From: Betaproteobacteria bacterium
GTDB lineage: Bacteria > Pseudomonadota > Gammaproteobacteria > Burkholderiales > SG8-41
Length of the DNA: 41,619 nucleotides
Direction: 5' to 3'
NCBI GenBank assembly: GCA_031381325.1
Contig: JANMXV010000010.1
Coordinates: 1 to 41,619, forward strand
Position 1 is the first letter of the stretch, and every line of letters starts with the position of its first letter. Positions 16,366 through 25,428 of the stretch are shown one piece after another. Below the pieces are notes generated by a model. The model was not told the origin of the DNA. It made no database searches and saw only the letters and a list, made by a program, of their open reading frames with translations. The position numbers and the translations under genes are program-made.

Positions 16366-18660
16366 ATGGGGTTGCGGCTCAAGTTTAATTTGGTGTTATT
16401 GCTGGTATTCGCAGTAGGGCTGGGCGTCACCGGCTATATCTCGTACGACCTTCTGCACCGCAATGCGCGTGACGAAGTGATGCGCAACGCGGGAATCATG
16501 ATGGAAGCAGCGCTGTCGATGCGCAGCTATACCAGCAAGCAGATCGGGCCGCTCATTCCGTACAGCGCAGACGCGTTTCATCCGCAAACGGTGCCCGCCT
16601 ATTCGGCTACGGAGATTATGGGTTCTCTGCGCGAGAAATACGCCGACTATTCGTATAAAGAGGCAACGTTGAATCCCACCAATCCGCTACACAAGGCGGT
16701 GGCGTGGGAAGCCGAAATCGTGAACGCGTTTCGCAGCGCGGCGGAGCGCAGCGAATTGAGCGGGGTGCGCGATACGCCGGCAGGCCGTTTTTTGTATGTC
16801 GCGCGACCGTTGCAGATCACGGACAAGGCGTGCCTCGTGTGCCACGATACGGCAGCCAGGGCGCCCCCGGCGATGGTGAAAATCTACGGCCCGAACAACG
16901 GTTTTGGCTGGCAGCACATGGAGGTTATCGGCGCCCAGATCGTGCTGGTGCCGATGTCACTTCCCGTCAAGAATGCCAATCACGCGTTCTATACGTTCAT
17001 GGTTTCGCTGTCGCTGGTATTTCTGCTGTTGTTCGCTATCCTCAATGTCATGATGAACGTGCTCATAGTGCGGCCGATCATGCGCATGTCCGAAGCGGCG
17101 GCGCGGGTGGGTAAAGGCGATCTCAAACATCGTATCGATATACACACCGGTGATGAACTCGAGGCATTTGCGGCGGAGTTTAACCGCACCGCGGCACAAC
17201 TGATGGAATCGCACGCGGGACTTGAGTCGAAGGTCGAGGCGCGCACGCGCGAGCTAGCGAGTGCGAACGCTGGGCTGACCGAGGCGTTGGGGCAGCAGAC
17301 GGCAACGGCGGAAGTGCTCAAGATCATCAGCCGCTCAACGTTCGACCTGCAGCCGGTACTGCAAACGCTGATGGACAGCGCTGCAAGATTGTGCCGCGCC
17401 AAACGATGCGTATTGTTTCAGCAGGACGGTGAAGTTTATCGAGCATCAGTCACCTACAACACGACACCCGAGCTGCGGCACTACCTGGAATCGAATCCCA
17501 TCACGCCCGGTCGCGGCACCGTGAGCGGCCGCGCGGCACTCGAGGGACGAGTGGTACACGTGCATGATGTACGCACTGATGCCGAGTACCAGTGGGGCGA
17601 AGGCGCCCGCTTGGGCGACTACCGTACCGTGCTCAGCGTTCCCTTGCTGCGTGAAGGCGTGCCGATCGGCGTCATCGTCCTGACCCGTGACATCGTAGAG
17701 CCTTTCAGCGACCGGGAAATCGACCTGGTCAACACCTTCGCCGACCAGGCCGTAATCGCCATCGAAAACGTGCGGCTGCTCCACGAGATCCAGGACAAGA
17801 GCCGGCAACTCGAACTCGCCAGCCTGCACAAATCGCAGTTTCTCGCGAACATGTCGCACGAATTGCGCACGCCGTTAAATGCCATTATCGGCTACAGCGA
17901 AATGCTGCAGGAAGACGCGGCTGAACTCCAGGCAGAGCAGTTCGTGGCCGACCTGCAGAAAATCCAAGCCTCCGGACAGCACCTGCTGGAGCTCATTAAC
18001 GCCGTGCTGGACCTGTCCAAGATCGAGGCCGGCAAAATGGAACTGTATCTGGAATCGTTCAACGTCGCGAGCGTAGTGGCGGGCGTCACCGACGTTATCA
18101 AGCCGCTGGCGCAGAAAAAGTCGAACCGTCTGGTGATCGAATGCGCGGAGAACGCAGGCATCATGCATGCCGATTTGACGAAGGTGCGCCAGGCGCTGTT
18201 CAACCTGCTGAGCAACGCCTGCAAGTTCACTGAAAACGGAACCGTGACGATGAAAGTCGAACGGCAAACGTACGACGGGCACGAGGGGCACAACAGCGGC
18301 GACTGGATCGTCGTCAGCGTACACGATACCGGCATCGGCATGACACCCGAGCAGATAGGGCGGCTGTTCCAGGCCTTCTCCCAGGCGGATGCCTCGACCA
18401 CGCGCGAGTTCGGCGGCACGGGACTGGGCTTGGCGCTGAGCCGCCACCTGTGCCAGATGATGGGTGGAGACATCACGGTACAGAGCGAACCCGGCAGCGG
18501 TTCGACCTTCACGCTGCGCCTGCCGGCTACAGTCAAGGACGCTGCGCTCAAGGGGGCGGAGGCCAGGGCCGACGTGGCGGTGCTGCCACTGCCCGGCGCG
18601 CAAGGTGCGCTAAAATCCGGGAACGGGCGCAATGGCGTGCGATACCGGTTGTGGTGGTGA
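16366..18660 (+). CDS. Membrane sensor histidine kinase: periplasmic DUF3365/Tll0287-like heme-c domain, HAMP, GAF, HisKA, HATPase
   Basis: Two TMs flanking YKEATLNPTNP...YVARPL...CLVCH...NGFGW; HAMP (GDELEAFAAEFN); GAF (FADQAVIAIENVRL); SHELRTPLN; NLLSNACKFT, DTGIGM, GGTGLGL. Confidence 0.93.
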   Translation: MGLRLKFNLVLLLVFAVGLGVTGYISYDLLHRNARDEVMRNAGIMMEAALSMRSYTSKQIGPLIPYSADAFHPQTVPAYSATEIMGSLREKYADYSYKEATLNPTNPLHKAVAWEAEIVNAFRSAAERSELSGVRDTPAGRFLYVARPLQITDKACLVCHDTAARAPPAMVKIYGPNNGFGWQHMEVIGAQIVLVPMSLPVKNANHAFYTFMVSLSLVFLLLFAILNVMMNVLIVRPIMRMSEAAARVGKGDLKHRIDIHTGDELEAFAAEFNRTAAQLMESHAGLESKVEARTRELASANAGLTEALGQQTATAEVLKIISRSTFDLQPVLQTLMDSAARLCRAKRCVLFQQDGEVYRASVTYNTTPELRHYLESNPITPGRGTVSGRAALEGRVVHVHDVRTDAEYQWGEGARLGDYRTVLSVPLLREGVPIGVIVLTRDIVEPFSDREIDLVNTFADQAVIAIENVRLLHEIQDKSRQLELASLHKSQFLANMSHELRTPLNAIIGYSEMLQEDAAELQAEQFVADLQKIQASGQHLLELINAVLDLSKIEAGKMELYLESFNVASVVAGVTDVIKPLAQKKSNRLVIECAENAGIMHADLTKVRQALFNLLSNACKFTENGTVTMKVERQTYDGHEGHNSGDWIVVSVHDTGIGMTPEQIGRLFQAFSQADASTTREFGGTGLGLALSRHLCQMMGGDITVQSEPGSGSTFTLRLPATVKDAALKGAEARADVAVLPLPGAQGALKSGNGRNGVRYRLWW

Positions 18661-18680
18661 CGGCGAAAGGTATGATTTGA
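18609..18680 (+). pseudogene. Out-of-frame remnant of a receiver domain overlapping the end of the kinase
   Basis: An alternative frame reads KIRERAQWRAIPVVVVTAKGMI*, the alpha3-beta4 segment (IPVVVVTAK) typical of C-terminal REC domains of hybrid kinases. Confidence 0.65.
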
Positions 18681-18695
18681 TTTGTAGGAATGACG

Positions 18696-19073
18696 ATGGC
18701 AAAAATACTGTTGGTTGAAGACAATGAGATGAATCGCGACATGCTCTCGCGCCGGCTAATGCGCAAGGGCTACGAGGTGCTCATCGCGGTCGATGGCGAG
18801 GAAGGCGTGAGAATGGCCCGGTCGTCGAAACCGGACCTGATTTTGATGGACATGAGTTTGCCGGTGATCGACGGGTGGGAGGCGACCCGGCAGATCAAAG
18901 CCATGGTTGAATTGCAGACGATCGGGATCATTGCGCTTACCGCTCACGCGATGGTACAGGACAAGGACAAGGCACTTGCTGCGGGCTGCGATGACTTCGA
19001 CACCAAGCCGGTCGATATCGAGCGGCTCACGCAAAAAATCGAAGCCTTGCTCACAAAAGGATCTGCGACGTGA
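18696..19073 (+). CDS. Single-domain response regulator (DivK/CheY-like)
   Basis: ILLVEDN, DLILMDMSLPVIDG, IIALTAHAM, DDFDTKP; AGGA RBS before ATG 18696. Confidence 0.93.
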   Translation: MAKILLVEDNEMNRDMLSRRLMRKGYEVLIAVDGEEGVRMARSSKPDLILMDMSLPVIDGWEATRQIKAMVELQTIGIIALTAHAMVQDKDKALAAGCDDFDTKPVDIERLTQKIEALLTKGSAT

Positions 19074-20620
19074 CGCCCGATCACCTTGCGCAATTACGTC
19101 ACGAACTGCGTACGCCGCTGAATCACATCATTGGCTATGGCGAAATGCTGGTCGAGGACGTCGAGGGCGGTCCCCATGCGGTGCTCGCGCCGCAGCTGCG
19201 CAGCATACTGGATGATGCACGACGTCTGGTCGAACTCATCAACAGTTTTCTCTCTCCGTCGAACATCGAAGCAGGATCGGTAGACGGCGAGCACCTGCCG
19301 CCGGAACTGGCCGCGCCGCTGGATCGCATCATCAGCACGGCGAAAACCATCGGTGCGCAAGTGGTTGACAGCAAGGAGATGCTGCCGGATGTGGAGCGCA
19401 TGTCCGCCGCAGCGGAACACCTGCGAGATCTTCTCCAGCATGGCAGGACAGCGCGCGCGCCCCCGATTGTCGCGCCGGTTCCCATGCCTGTGAATACGGT
19501 TACCGTTCGAGAAGGCGCCGGTCGTGCCGGGCATAGCTCCATCCTGGTGGTTGACGACAACGAGAATAATCGCGAAATGCTGTCGCGCCGGCTGGCGCGC
19601 GAAGGGTACCGGCAAGTCACGCTTGCCGTGGACGGCCGGCAGGCGCTAGAACTTCTGGCTTCGCAAAAATTTGATCTCGTGTTACTGGATATCATGATGC
19701 CGGAAGTCGATGGCTACCAGGTGCTGGAGACCCTGAAGGCTGACCCGAAGCGCCGCGATATTCCCGTCATCATGATCTCGGCGCTGGACGAAATGGCGAG
19801 CGTGATTCGCTGCATCGAACTCGGCGCCGAAGATTATCTGCCCAAGCCCTTTGATGCGACGCTGTTGCGCGCACGAGTGGGGGCGAGCCTTGAGAAAAAA
19901 GCGCTGCGTGACGAAGTGCATGACTGGAACAAGAAACTCGAAGCGCGCGTGCAGGAGCAGGTCGCGCAACTTGACCGCCTGGGGCGGCTGAAAGGTTTTT
20001 TTTCACCGCAGCTCGCGGAGTCAATTGTCAACGGCGGTGGCGAAGACTTGTTGAAAACGCATCGCCGCGAAGTGGTGGTCGTTTTCCTGGACTTGCGCGG
20101 TTTTACCGCGTTCACCGACAGGTCCGAGCCCGAGGAGGTGATGGGGGTGCTGGGTGAATATCACCGCGTGATGGGACAATTGGTGGTGGCCCATGAAGGG
20201 ACACTCGAGCGCTTTGCCGGCGACGGTTTGATGATTTTTTTCAACGACCCGATCAAGCTTGAGAATCCAACCGTAAACGCAGTGAAGATGTCGCTCGAAA
20301 TGCAGGAGAAATTCGCGCCATTGCGCACCGCGTGGAAGAAGCGCGGCTACGATCTTGATCTCGGCATTGGCATCGCGCAAGGCTACGCGACGCTTGGTGC
20401 GATTGGATTTGAGGGGCGGTGGGATTACGCCTGCATCGGCAGCGTTACCAATCTCGCGGCGCGGCTGTGCGGCGAGGCCAAAGGCGGGCAGATACTTACG
20501 AATCAGAAGACACTGTCCCATATTGAAGAGGACGCGCAGGTCGAGCCGCTGGGCGAGGCCATGATGAAAGGCATCGCGCAACCGGTGCCTGTGTTCAACG
20601 TCGTCGGTCTCAAGCATTGA
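19070..20620 (+). CDS. HisKA(DHp)-receiver-class III nucleotidyl cyclase fusion
   Basis: LRHELRTPLNHIIGY; REC ILVVDDN...LLDIMMP...ISA...KPF; cyclase FLDLRGFT, ERFAGDG, IGSVTNLAARL. GTGA overlap with the upstream stop. Confidence 0.9.
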   Translation: MTPDHLAQLRHELRTPLNHIIGYGEMLVEDVEGGPHAVLAPQLRSILDDARRLVELINSFLSPSNIEAGSVDGEHLPPELAAPLDRIISTAKTIGAQVVDSKEMLPDVERMSAAAEHLRDLLQHGRTARAPPIVAPVPMPVNTVTVREGAGRAGHSSILVVDDNENNREMLSRRLAREGYRQVTLAVDGRQALELLASQKFDLVLLDIMMPEVDGYQVLETLKADPKRRDIPVIMISALDEMASVIRCIELGAEDYLPKPFDATLLRARVGASLEKKALRDEVHDWNKKLEARVQEQVAQLDRLGRLKGFFSPQLAESIVNGGGEDLLKTHRREVVVVFLDLRGFTAFTDRSEPEEVMGVLGEYHRVMGQLVVAHEGTLERFAGDGLMIFFNDPIKLENPTVNAVKMSLEMQEKFAPLRTAWKKRGYDLDLGIGIAQGYATLGAIGFEGRWDYACIGSVTNLAARLCGEAKGGQILTNQKTLSHIEEDAQVEPLGEAMMKGIAQPVPVFNVVGLKH

Positions 20621-20670
20621 GCCACCATCGCGAAACGCGATTTGACTGGCTATTCGATTATAAATCCCGG

Positions 20671-22572
20671 CTATTCATCTTCCGCAGCCCGGCGTACGCG
20701 GTAGAGCGTGGAGGCGCCGTAACCCTTTGCGAGGGTGACTTTGCCCAGGTAGTCGCAGGTGAAAGGGTGGTTGCCGTCGACCGTGAGCAGTGCGGCAGTC
20801 TGCTCGGTGATGTATACGCACCCCGCAGCCGTCACCGGCTCAATACGAGCCGCTCGCGTGACATGTGATCCAAAGTGGTTGATCCGCTGTATCACCGGAT
20901 CGAAGGCCTGAAAAACGGGACCGCTATGGATCGCGATGCGCGCAATCAGCGGCGGCAATCCCAAGGCGCGCCAGTCGGTGCTTGCAATGGCGTCGCGCAT
21001 GCGCAAAGCGAACTCGACTCCCGGCGCGGCCTCGTCGTACACGATAAACAGCCCATCACCCCAGGTGTTGCTTGAAACCGGCGCGACGCTTGATGTCTTG
21101 ATTTCGTGGGCAACGCGACCGAGAAAATCAAAAAAGAACGCGGGCGCACTCTCTTCGGTAAGCTTGCTAAAGCCCACCACATCTGCGAAAAGCATGGTTT
21201 TTATCTGACGTTTGCCCCACGAGCGGGCTTTTGATTCGACGGCGCTTGTGGTGATGAGCGGTGCGGCGGTGATGGTTGGCGCATGAGGCGCTTTATTCCG
21301 CAAATCGCTTATATCGATCGTGCGCTCGTCGAGCTCCAAACTTTGCCACGCAAGCACGTTTGACCAGGTGCCGCCCTTTAACGGATTCGATTCGGGTTCT
21401 GCCACGGCAAGCAATAGCGCGCGAGTCTCCAGTTGCTGCGCGCGCAGCAGCACCAGTCCCTGCATCAGCTTCGCGGCGAAATCAAACAACACATCATCGC
21501 CCAGGTAGCCTTCGTCCACGCATACGTTGACGGTTGCGGCTCGCGACAGCGCCCGGTCAAACCGTGCAACCCATTCGTCCCCGGCAAATGCCACACTGGT
21601 GCGTTTGAAATCCTCGCGACCGAATGGCAGCACTACGTTAACTTCAATGCCCCGTGCAAGCGCCTGCTCGATGAACAGGATGTCTGCACCACAGGCCGCC
21701 GAGCAGTATGCAAAGCCCGCGTCGGCATCGTCAAGCGCTTTGCCGAGTGCCGCTTCCACGGCCGGCGCGAGATGCGGGGGAAACCGTGGCGCAGGCCGTC
21801 CCGCGCGATCAATCATGTGCCCGGTAAACAGGACGACGCATGGCACGTGCAGTATGCCGAGCATCTCTTGCGCGAGCGGCGACTGCGGCACAAGCAGACG
21901 CAATTGACGCCGCATGCTGGCGAGGTCGCCGTAGCGCCTGCCGGCTTGCTCACGAGCTTTGGCATACCAATGCAATGCGCCGTCACGGTCGCCCAGCAGT
22001 AGCGATGCTTCACCCAAAGTGGCATGCAGCCAATGGTCCGCGTTTGCCGTATCAAGGCAGCGCGTTCTCACCGCGCTCGCAATGTGTCGTGCATCCGCCG
22101 CATCTCCGGTCAGCAGACTCAGCGTCGCCGCATTGATGCCGGGGAAAGAATCCGCAGTCTGAACCCAGGCCTGCCGGTAATAGGCGCGCGCCTGTTCAGC
22201 GGCTTGCAGTCCTTGTGCACCGTTCCCCACCGCTGCCATGCGATCCTTGGCGATACGCCCGGCAAGACTGAGCGCTTCGGTTCGCAGGTTGGATTCGAGA
22301 TCGGTGCGAGCCAGCAGGCGTTCCACGTGCTTCATGGCATAGCCGCGGGCGCCACTGCGGGCGCATGCAAGAGCCAGGAAATACAATATCGTCGCGTTGT
22401 CCGGAAATGCCGTCAGCGCCTCACCCAGAATATCCGACGCCAATGCATACTGGCCCAATGCAATGGCTTGCCGGCCCAGTTCAACATAGTGCCTGGGATC
22501 AGCGCCCCAGGTATTGCGGTCGCGTGCTTCCCATGCCCGCAACAATGGTTCAAGGTCTGTCAGTGTGCTCAT
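20671..22572 (-). CDS. TPR (MAP3K TRAF-binding/TPR-S-like) + SLOG-like + class III nucleotidyl cyclase protein
   Basis: TPR-like EALSLAGRIAKD, FPGINAATL, WLHATLGEA; SLOG-like LFTGHMID...ACGADILF...VVLPF; cyclase MLFADVVGFS, NTWGDG, HSGPV, RAARIEP. Start set at ATG 22572 (AGGA upstream). Confidence 0.82.
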   Translation of the reverse strand: MSTLTDLEPLLRAWEARDRNTWGADPRHYVELGRQAIALGQYALASDILGEALTAFPDNATILYFLALACARSGARGYAMKHVERLLARTDLESNLRTEALSLAGRIAKDRMAAVGNGAQGLQAAEQARAYYRQAWVQTADSFPGINAATLSLLTGDAADARHIASAVRTRCLDTANADHWLHATLGEASLLLGDRDGALHWYAKAREQAGRRYGDLASMRRQLRLLVPQSPLAQEMLGILHVPCVVLFTGHMIDRAGRPAPRFPPHLAPAVEAALGKALDDADAGFAYCSAACGADILFIEQALARGIEVNVVLPFGREDFKRTSVAFAGDEWVARFDRALSRAATVNVCVDEGYLGDDVLFDFAAKLMQGLVLLRAQQLETRALLLAVAEPESNPLKGGTWSNVLAWQSLELDERTIDISDLRNKAPHAPTITAAPLITTSAVESKARSWGKRQIKTMLFADVVGFSKLTEESAPAFFFDFLGRVAHEIKTSSVAPVSSNTWGDGLFIVYDEAAPGVEFALRMRDAIASTDWRALGLPPLIARIAIHSGPVFQAFDPVIQRINHFGSHVTRAARIEPVTAAGCVYITEQTAALLTVDGNHPFTCDYLGKVTLAKGYGASTLYRVRRAAEDE

Positions 22573-22643
22573 AGCGTATCCTAGTATAATGAGTTTGTAA
22601 TTCAGGTATTGCTGGGCTGTCAAATGTTTCTCTTGGATTTAAT

Positions 22644-23102
22644 ATGATTGTTTATGACCTGGAATGTGAACACAGCCACCGCTTCGAAGGCTGGTTCGGC
22701 TCCGCTGGCGATTTTGACACGCAGCTTGCGGACAAGCTGTTGTGCTGCCCTATGTGCAATAGCGGCAACGTGGTGCGCCGTCCCAGCGCCGCATACGTCA
22801 ATACGGGGGCTGTTGAAAAGCCGCAGCGTGAAAAGCAAAAGTCTTCCAGCGTAAGCGTGCCTCAGCAATATGCGAACGTGTCGCCGGAAATGGTCGCTAA
22901 AATCATTGAACACATCGTCAAGACCACCGAAGACGTCGGTAATCAGTTTCCCGAGGAGGCGCGCAAGATTCACTATAACGAAGCGCCCGAACGGCAAATA
23001 CGGGGCACCGCCACGGCGAGAGACGTTGAGTCATTGCGCGACGAGGGTATCGAGGTGGTCTCGCTGCCGGTGCCGCCTCATCTGGCGGCAAAAACGCACT
23101 GA
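22644..23102 (+). CDS. DUF1178 family zinc-ribbon protein
   Basis: MIVYDLECEHSHRFEGWFGS, CPMC, EDVGNQFPEEARKIHY...IRG signature. Confidence 0.9.
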   Translation: MIVYDLECEHSHRFEGWFGSAGDFDTQLADKLLCCPMCNSGNVVRRPSAAYVNTGAVEKPQREKQKSSSVSVPQQYANVSPEMVAKIIEHIVKTTEDVGNQFPEEARKIHYNEAPERQIRGTATARDVESLRDEGIEVVSLPVPPHLAAKTH

Positions 23103-23112
23103 GTGCATTAAT

Positions 23113-23145
23113 ACGCAACTGAGACGCAACTGAGACGCAACTGAG
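23113..23145. repeat. Perfect tandem repeat, 3 x ACGCAACTGAG (11 bp)
   Basis: Units at 23113, 23124 and 23135, in the short gap before the CoA ligase. Confidence 0.95.
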
Positions 23146-23168
23146 GCGCGGTTCAGTCAAGTTTTAAA

Positions 23169-25259
23169 ATGGACAATGCAATCAACGCGCTGCTGCATCC
23201 GAAATCGATAGCGATACTCGGCGCATCCGCGGATTTTCAAAAGCTCAATGGGCGCACGCTAAAAGCGCTGCTCGAGAAAAAATACACCGGCGCGATTTAT
23301 CCGGTCAATCCCAAATATGCGTCGATAGCCGATCTGAAATGCTATGCCGATGTCAGCGAACTGCCCGACGGCATTGAGCTGGCCATCGTCGCCGTACCGG
23401 CGAAGAAAGTGCCGGATACTTTGCGGGTGCTGGGCAAAAAAGGCGTGCGTGCGGCGGTGGTGTTCAGTTCGGGATTTTCAGAGATTGGCGGTGAGGGCGT
23501 GGCGCTGGAGCGGGAACTCAAAGCCGCGATACGTGAAAGCGGTGTGCGCGTGCTCGGCCCCAACTGCCTCGGCCTGATCAACGCGTTTGAAAACGTGATG
23601 GCGACGTTCAGCCAGTTTTCACTGGGGCCGACGCTGCCTGGCCCTGCGGCCTTTGTTACGCAATCGGGCGCGCTGGGTACGGCAACCGCCGGCCTCGCGC
23701 GGCGTCGAGGCTTGAGTTTCGGTTATTTCGTCAATACCGGCAACGAAGCCGATGTGCATTTCGTGGACATGATGCGCGAGATCATTGGCGATGCGCAGGT
23801 GCGCGTGGGGGCGGGCTACATCGAGGGTTTGAAGGACGGCCCTGGGCTTTTGGAGGTGGCAGAAACCGCGCTTAAGTTAGCCAAGCCGCTGGTCATCACC
23901 AAAGTCGGACGCACACGTGCCGGCGCGAAAGCGATTGCGTCGCATACCGGCTCGCTCGCCGGTGAAGATGCGGTGTTCGACGGTGTGATTCGCGGCGCGG
24001 GTATTATGCGCGCGCGCAGCGACGAGCACTTGCTGGATATGGTGGAGGTATTCAGCAAATCGTCGTTGCCCGAAGGCTGCGGCATCGGCTTCATTACGCG
24101 TTCCGGCGGCGCGGGCGCGCTGATGGCGGATCGCGCGGAAGAGTTGGGTCTGGATGTGACCGCATTGAGCGCGGATACGGTTACGCGGCTGCGCAAGGTG
24201 GTGCCGGTGTTTGGTTCAACCGGCAATCCGGTCGATATTACGGCGCAGGGGCTGGTGGACCCATCGTTGATGCGCGAAAGTCTCAAGATACTGCTGTCCG
24301 ACCCGAAGGTGCATGTGGCGATCACCTGGCTGGCCTTCACCGAGAAAGAAGCCGATGTCACGGTGCAGAGTTTTATCGAGGCGAAAAAAGCCACCCCCAA
24401 ACCTTTTGTAGTGAGCTGGGTGGGCATACCCGAGCCTGCGCTGCTCAAGCTGCGCGAGGCGGGCATCCCCGTGCTGCGCGGCGCGGAACCGGCGGTGGAT
24501 GCGGTTGCAGCGCTGGTACGTTACGCCGAAGCACGCCGTAACTGGCAAGCCGACACAGCCGCGCGCGCAGCGCTGGTTTTGCCCACACTCGATTTGCCGC
24601 CTGACGCCGGGCCGGTGGCGAGTCTGCGGGCGCGTGACTTGCTCGAACAAGCGGGTGTCACGGTCACGCGCGCAGTACTCGCCCGCAACGCAGATGAAGC
24701 GGTGAAAGCCGCTGCCGGGCTGGGCTATCCCGTCGCACTCAAAATCGAATCCATCGACATTGCGCACAAAACCGAAGTGCAGGGCGTGAAGCTGGGCTTG
24801 AAAGATGCCGAGGCGGTGCGCTGGGCGTATACATCGGTGACCGAAACCGCGCACCGCCACAAGCCTGATGCACGTATTGATGGCGTGCTGGTGCAGCCCA
24901 TGGTTGAAGGCGACGTCGAGTTGGTGATCGGTTTGCAAAACGATCCCGTATTTGGCCCGGTGGTGATGGTGGGGCTGGGCGGCATCCACATCGAAGTGTT
25001 GAAAGATGTGGCGTTTCGCAAAGCGCCGGTGACTGAAGCCGAAGCCGGGCGCATGCTCGATGAGTTGAAGAGCCGCGTCATACTCAGCGGCGTGCGCGGC
25101 AAAGCGCCGGTAGATCGCGCGGCGCTCACGCGCATGATCAGTGTGGTGTCGTGCTTGGGCGCCGCTGCGGGGCCACGCCTGCAAGAACTGGATCTCAATC
25201 CGGTGATGGCGGGCCCGGCGGGTGTTAGCGCGGTGGATTGGCTGCTGCTGCTGAAATGA
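23169..25259 (+). CDS. NDP-forming acyl-CoA synthetase (acetate-CoA ligase family; CoA-binding + ligase + ATP-grasp)
   Basis: SIAILGAS, YPVNP, GPNCLG, SQ-type motif TQSGA, ASHTGSLAG (phospho-His), NPVD, GYPVALK...HKTE, DPVFGP, DLNPV. Confidence 0.92.
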   Translation: MDNAINALLHPKSIAILGASADFQKLNGRTLKALLEKKYTGAIYPVNPKYASIADLKCYADVSELPDGIELAIVAVPAKKVPDTLRVLGKKGVRAAVVFSSGFSEIGGEGVALERELKAAIRESGVRVLGPNCLGLINAFENVMATFSQFSLGPTLPGPAAFVTQSGALGTATAGLARRRGLSFGYFVNTGNEADVHFVDMMREIIGDAQVRVGAGYIEGLKDGPGLLEVAETALKLAKPLVITKVGRTRAGAKAIASHTGSLAGEDAVFDGVIRGAGIMRARSDEHLLDMVEVFSKSSLPEGCGIGFITRSGGAGALMADRAEELGLDVTALSADTVTRLRKVVPVFGSTGNPVDITAQGLVDPSLMRESLKILLSDPKVHVAITWLAFTEKEADVTVQSFIEAKKATPKPFVVSWVGIPEPALLKLREAGIPVLRGAEPAVDAVAALVRYAEARRNWQADTAARAALVLPTLDLPPDAGPVASLRARDLLEQAGVTVTRAVLARNADEAVKAAAGLGYPVALKIESIDIAHKTEVQGVKLGLKDAEAVRWAYTSVTETAHRHKPDARIDGVLVQPMVEGDVELVIGLQNDPVFGPVVMVGLGGIHIEVLKDVAFRKAPVTEAEAGRMLDELKSRVILSGVRGKAPVDRAALTRMISVVSCLGAAAGPRLQELDLNPVMAGPAGVSAVDWLLLLK

Positions 25260-25428
25260 GCCGCCCGAGATGCATAAAATAACATTTAAAAACAAATACT
25301 TACCTTGCCGCAGCGCATGCACGCCGTTGATCCGTATTCAGCCGTGATCATCTGTGGTAAATGTTTTTCGACATCCAACACTCAACGCCGAACCCCATTC
25401 CCCCCACTCCAAAGCAAAAGGCAAAATC

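Noticed and set aside
19070-22572. Pycsar/CBASS-type anti-phage system
   Set aside because: The cyclases are fused to REC/DHp or TPR-SLOG, and no cNMP-TIR or cNMP-TM effector or CD-NTase is adjacent; the only cNMP receptor is a redox enzyme.
1-22623. Calling the redox/signalling block a mobile genomic island
   Set aside because: No integrase, transposase, tRNA or att-like repeat seen, and no obvious compositional break by eye.
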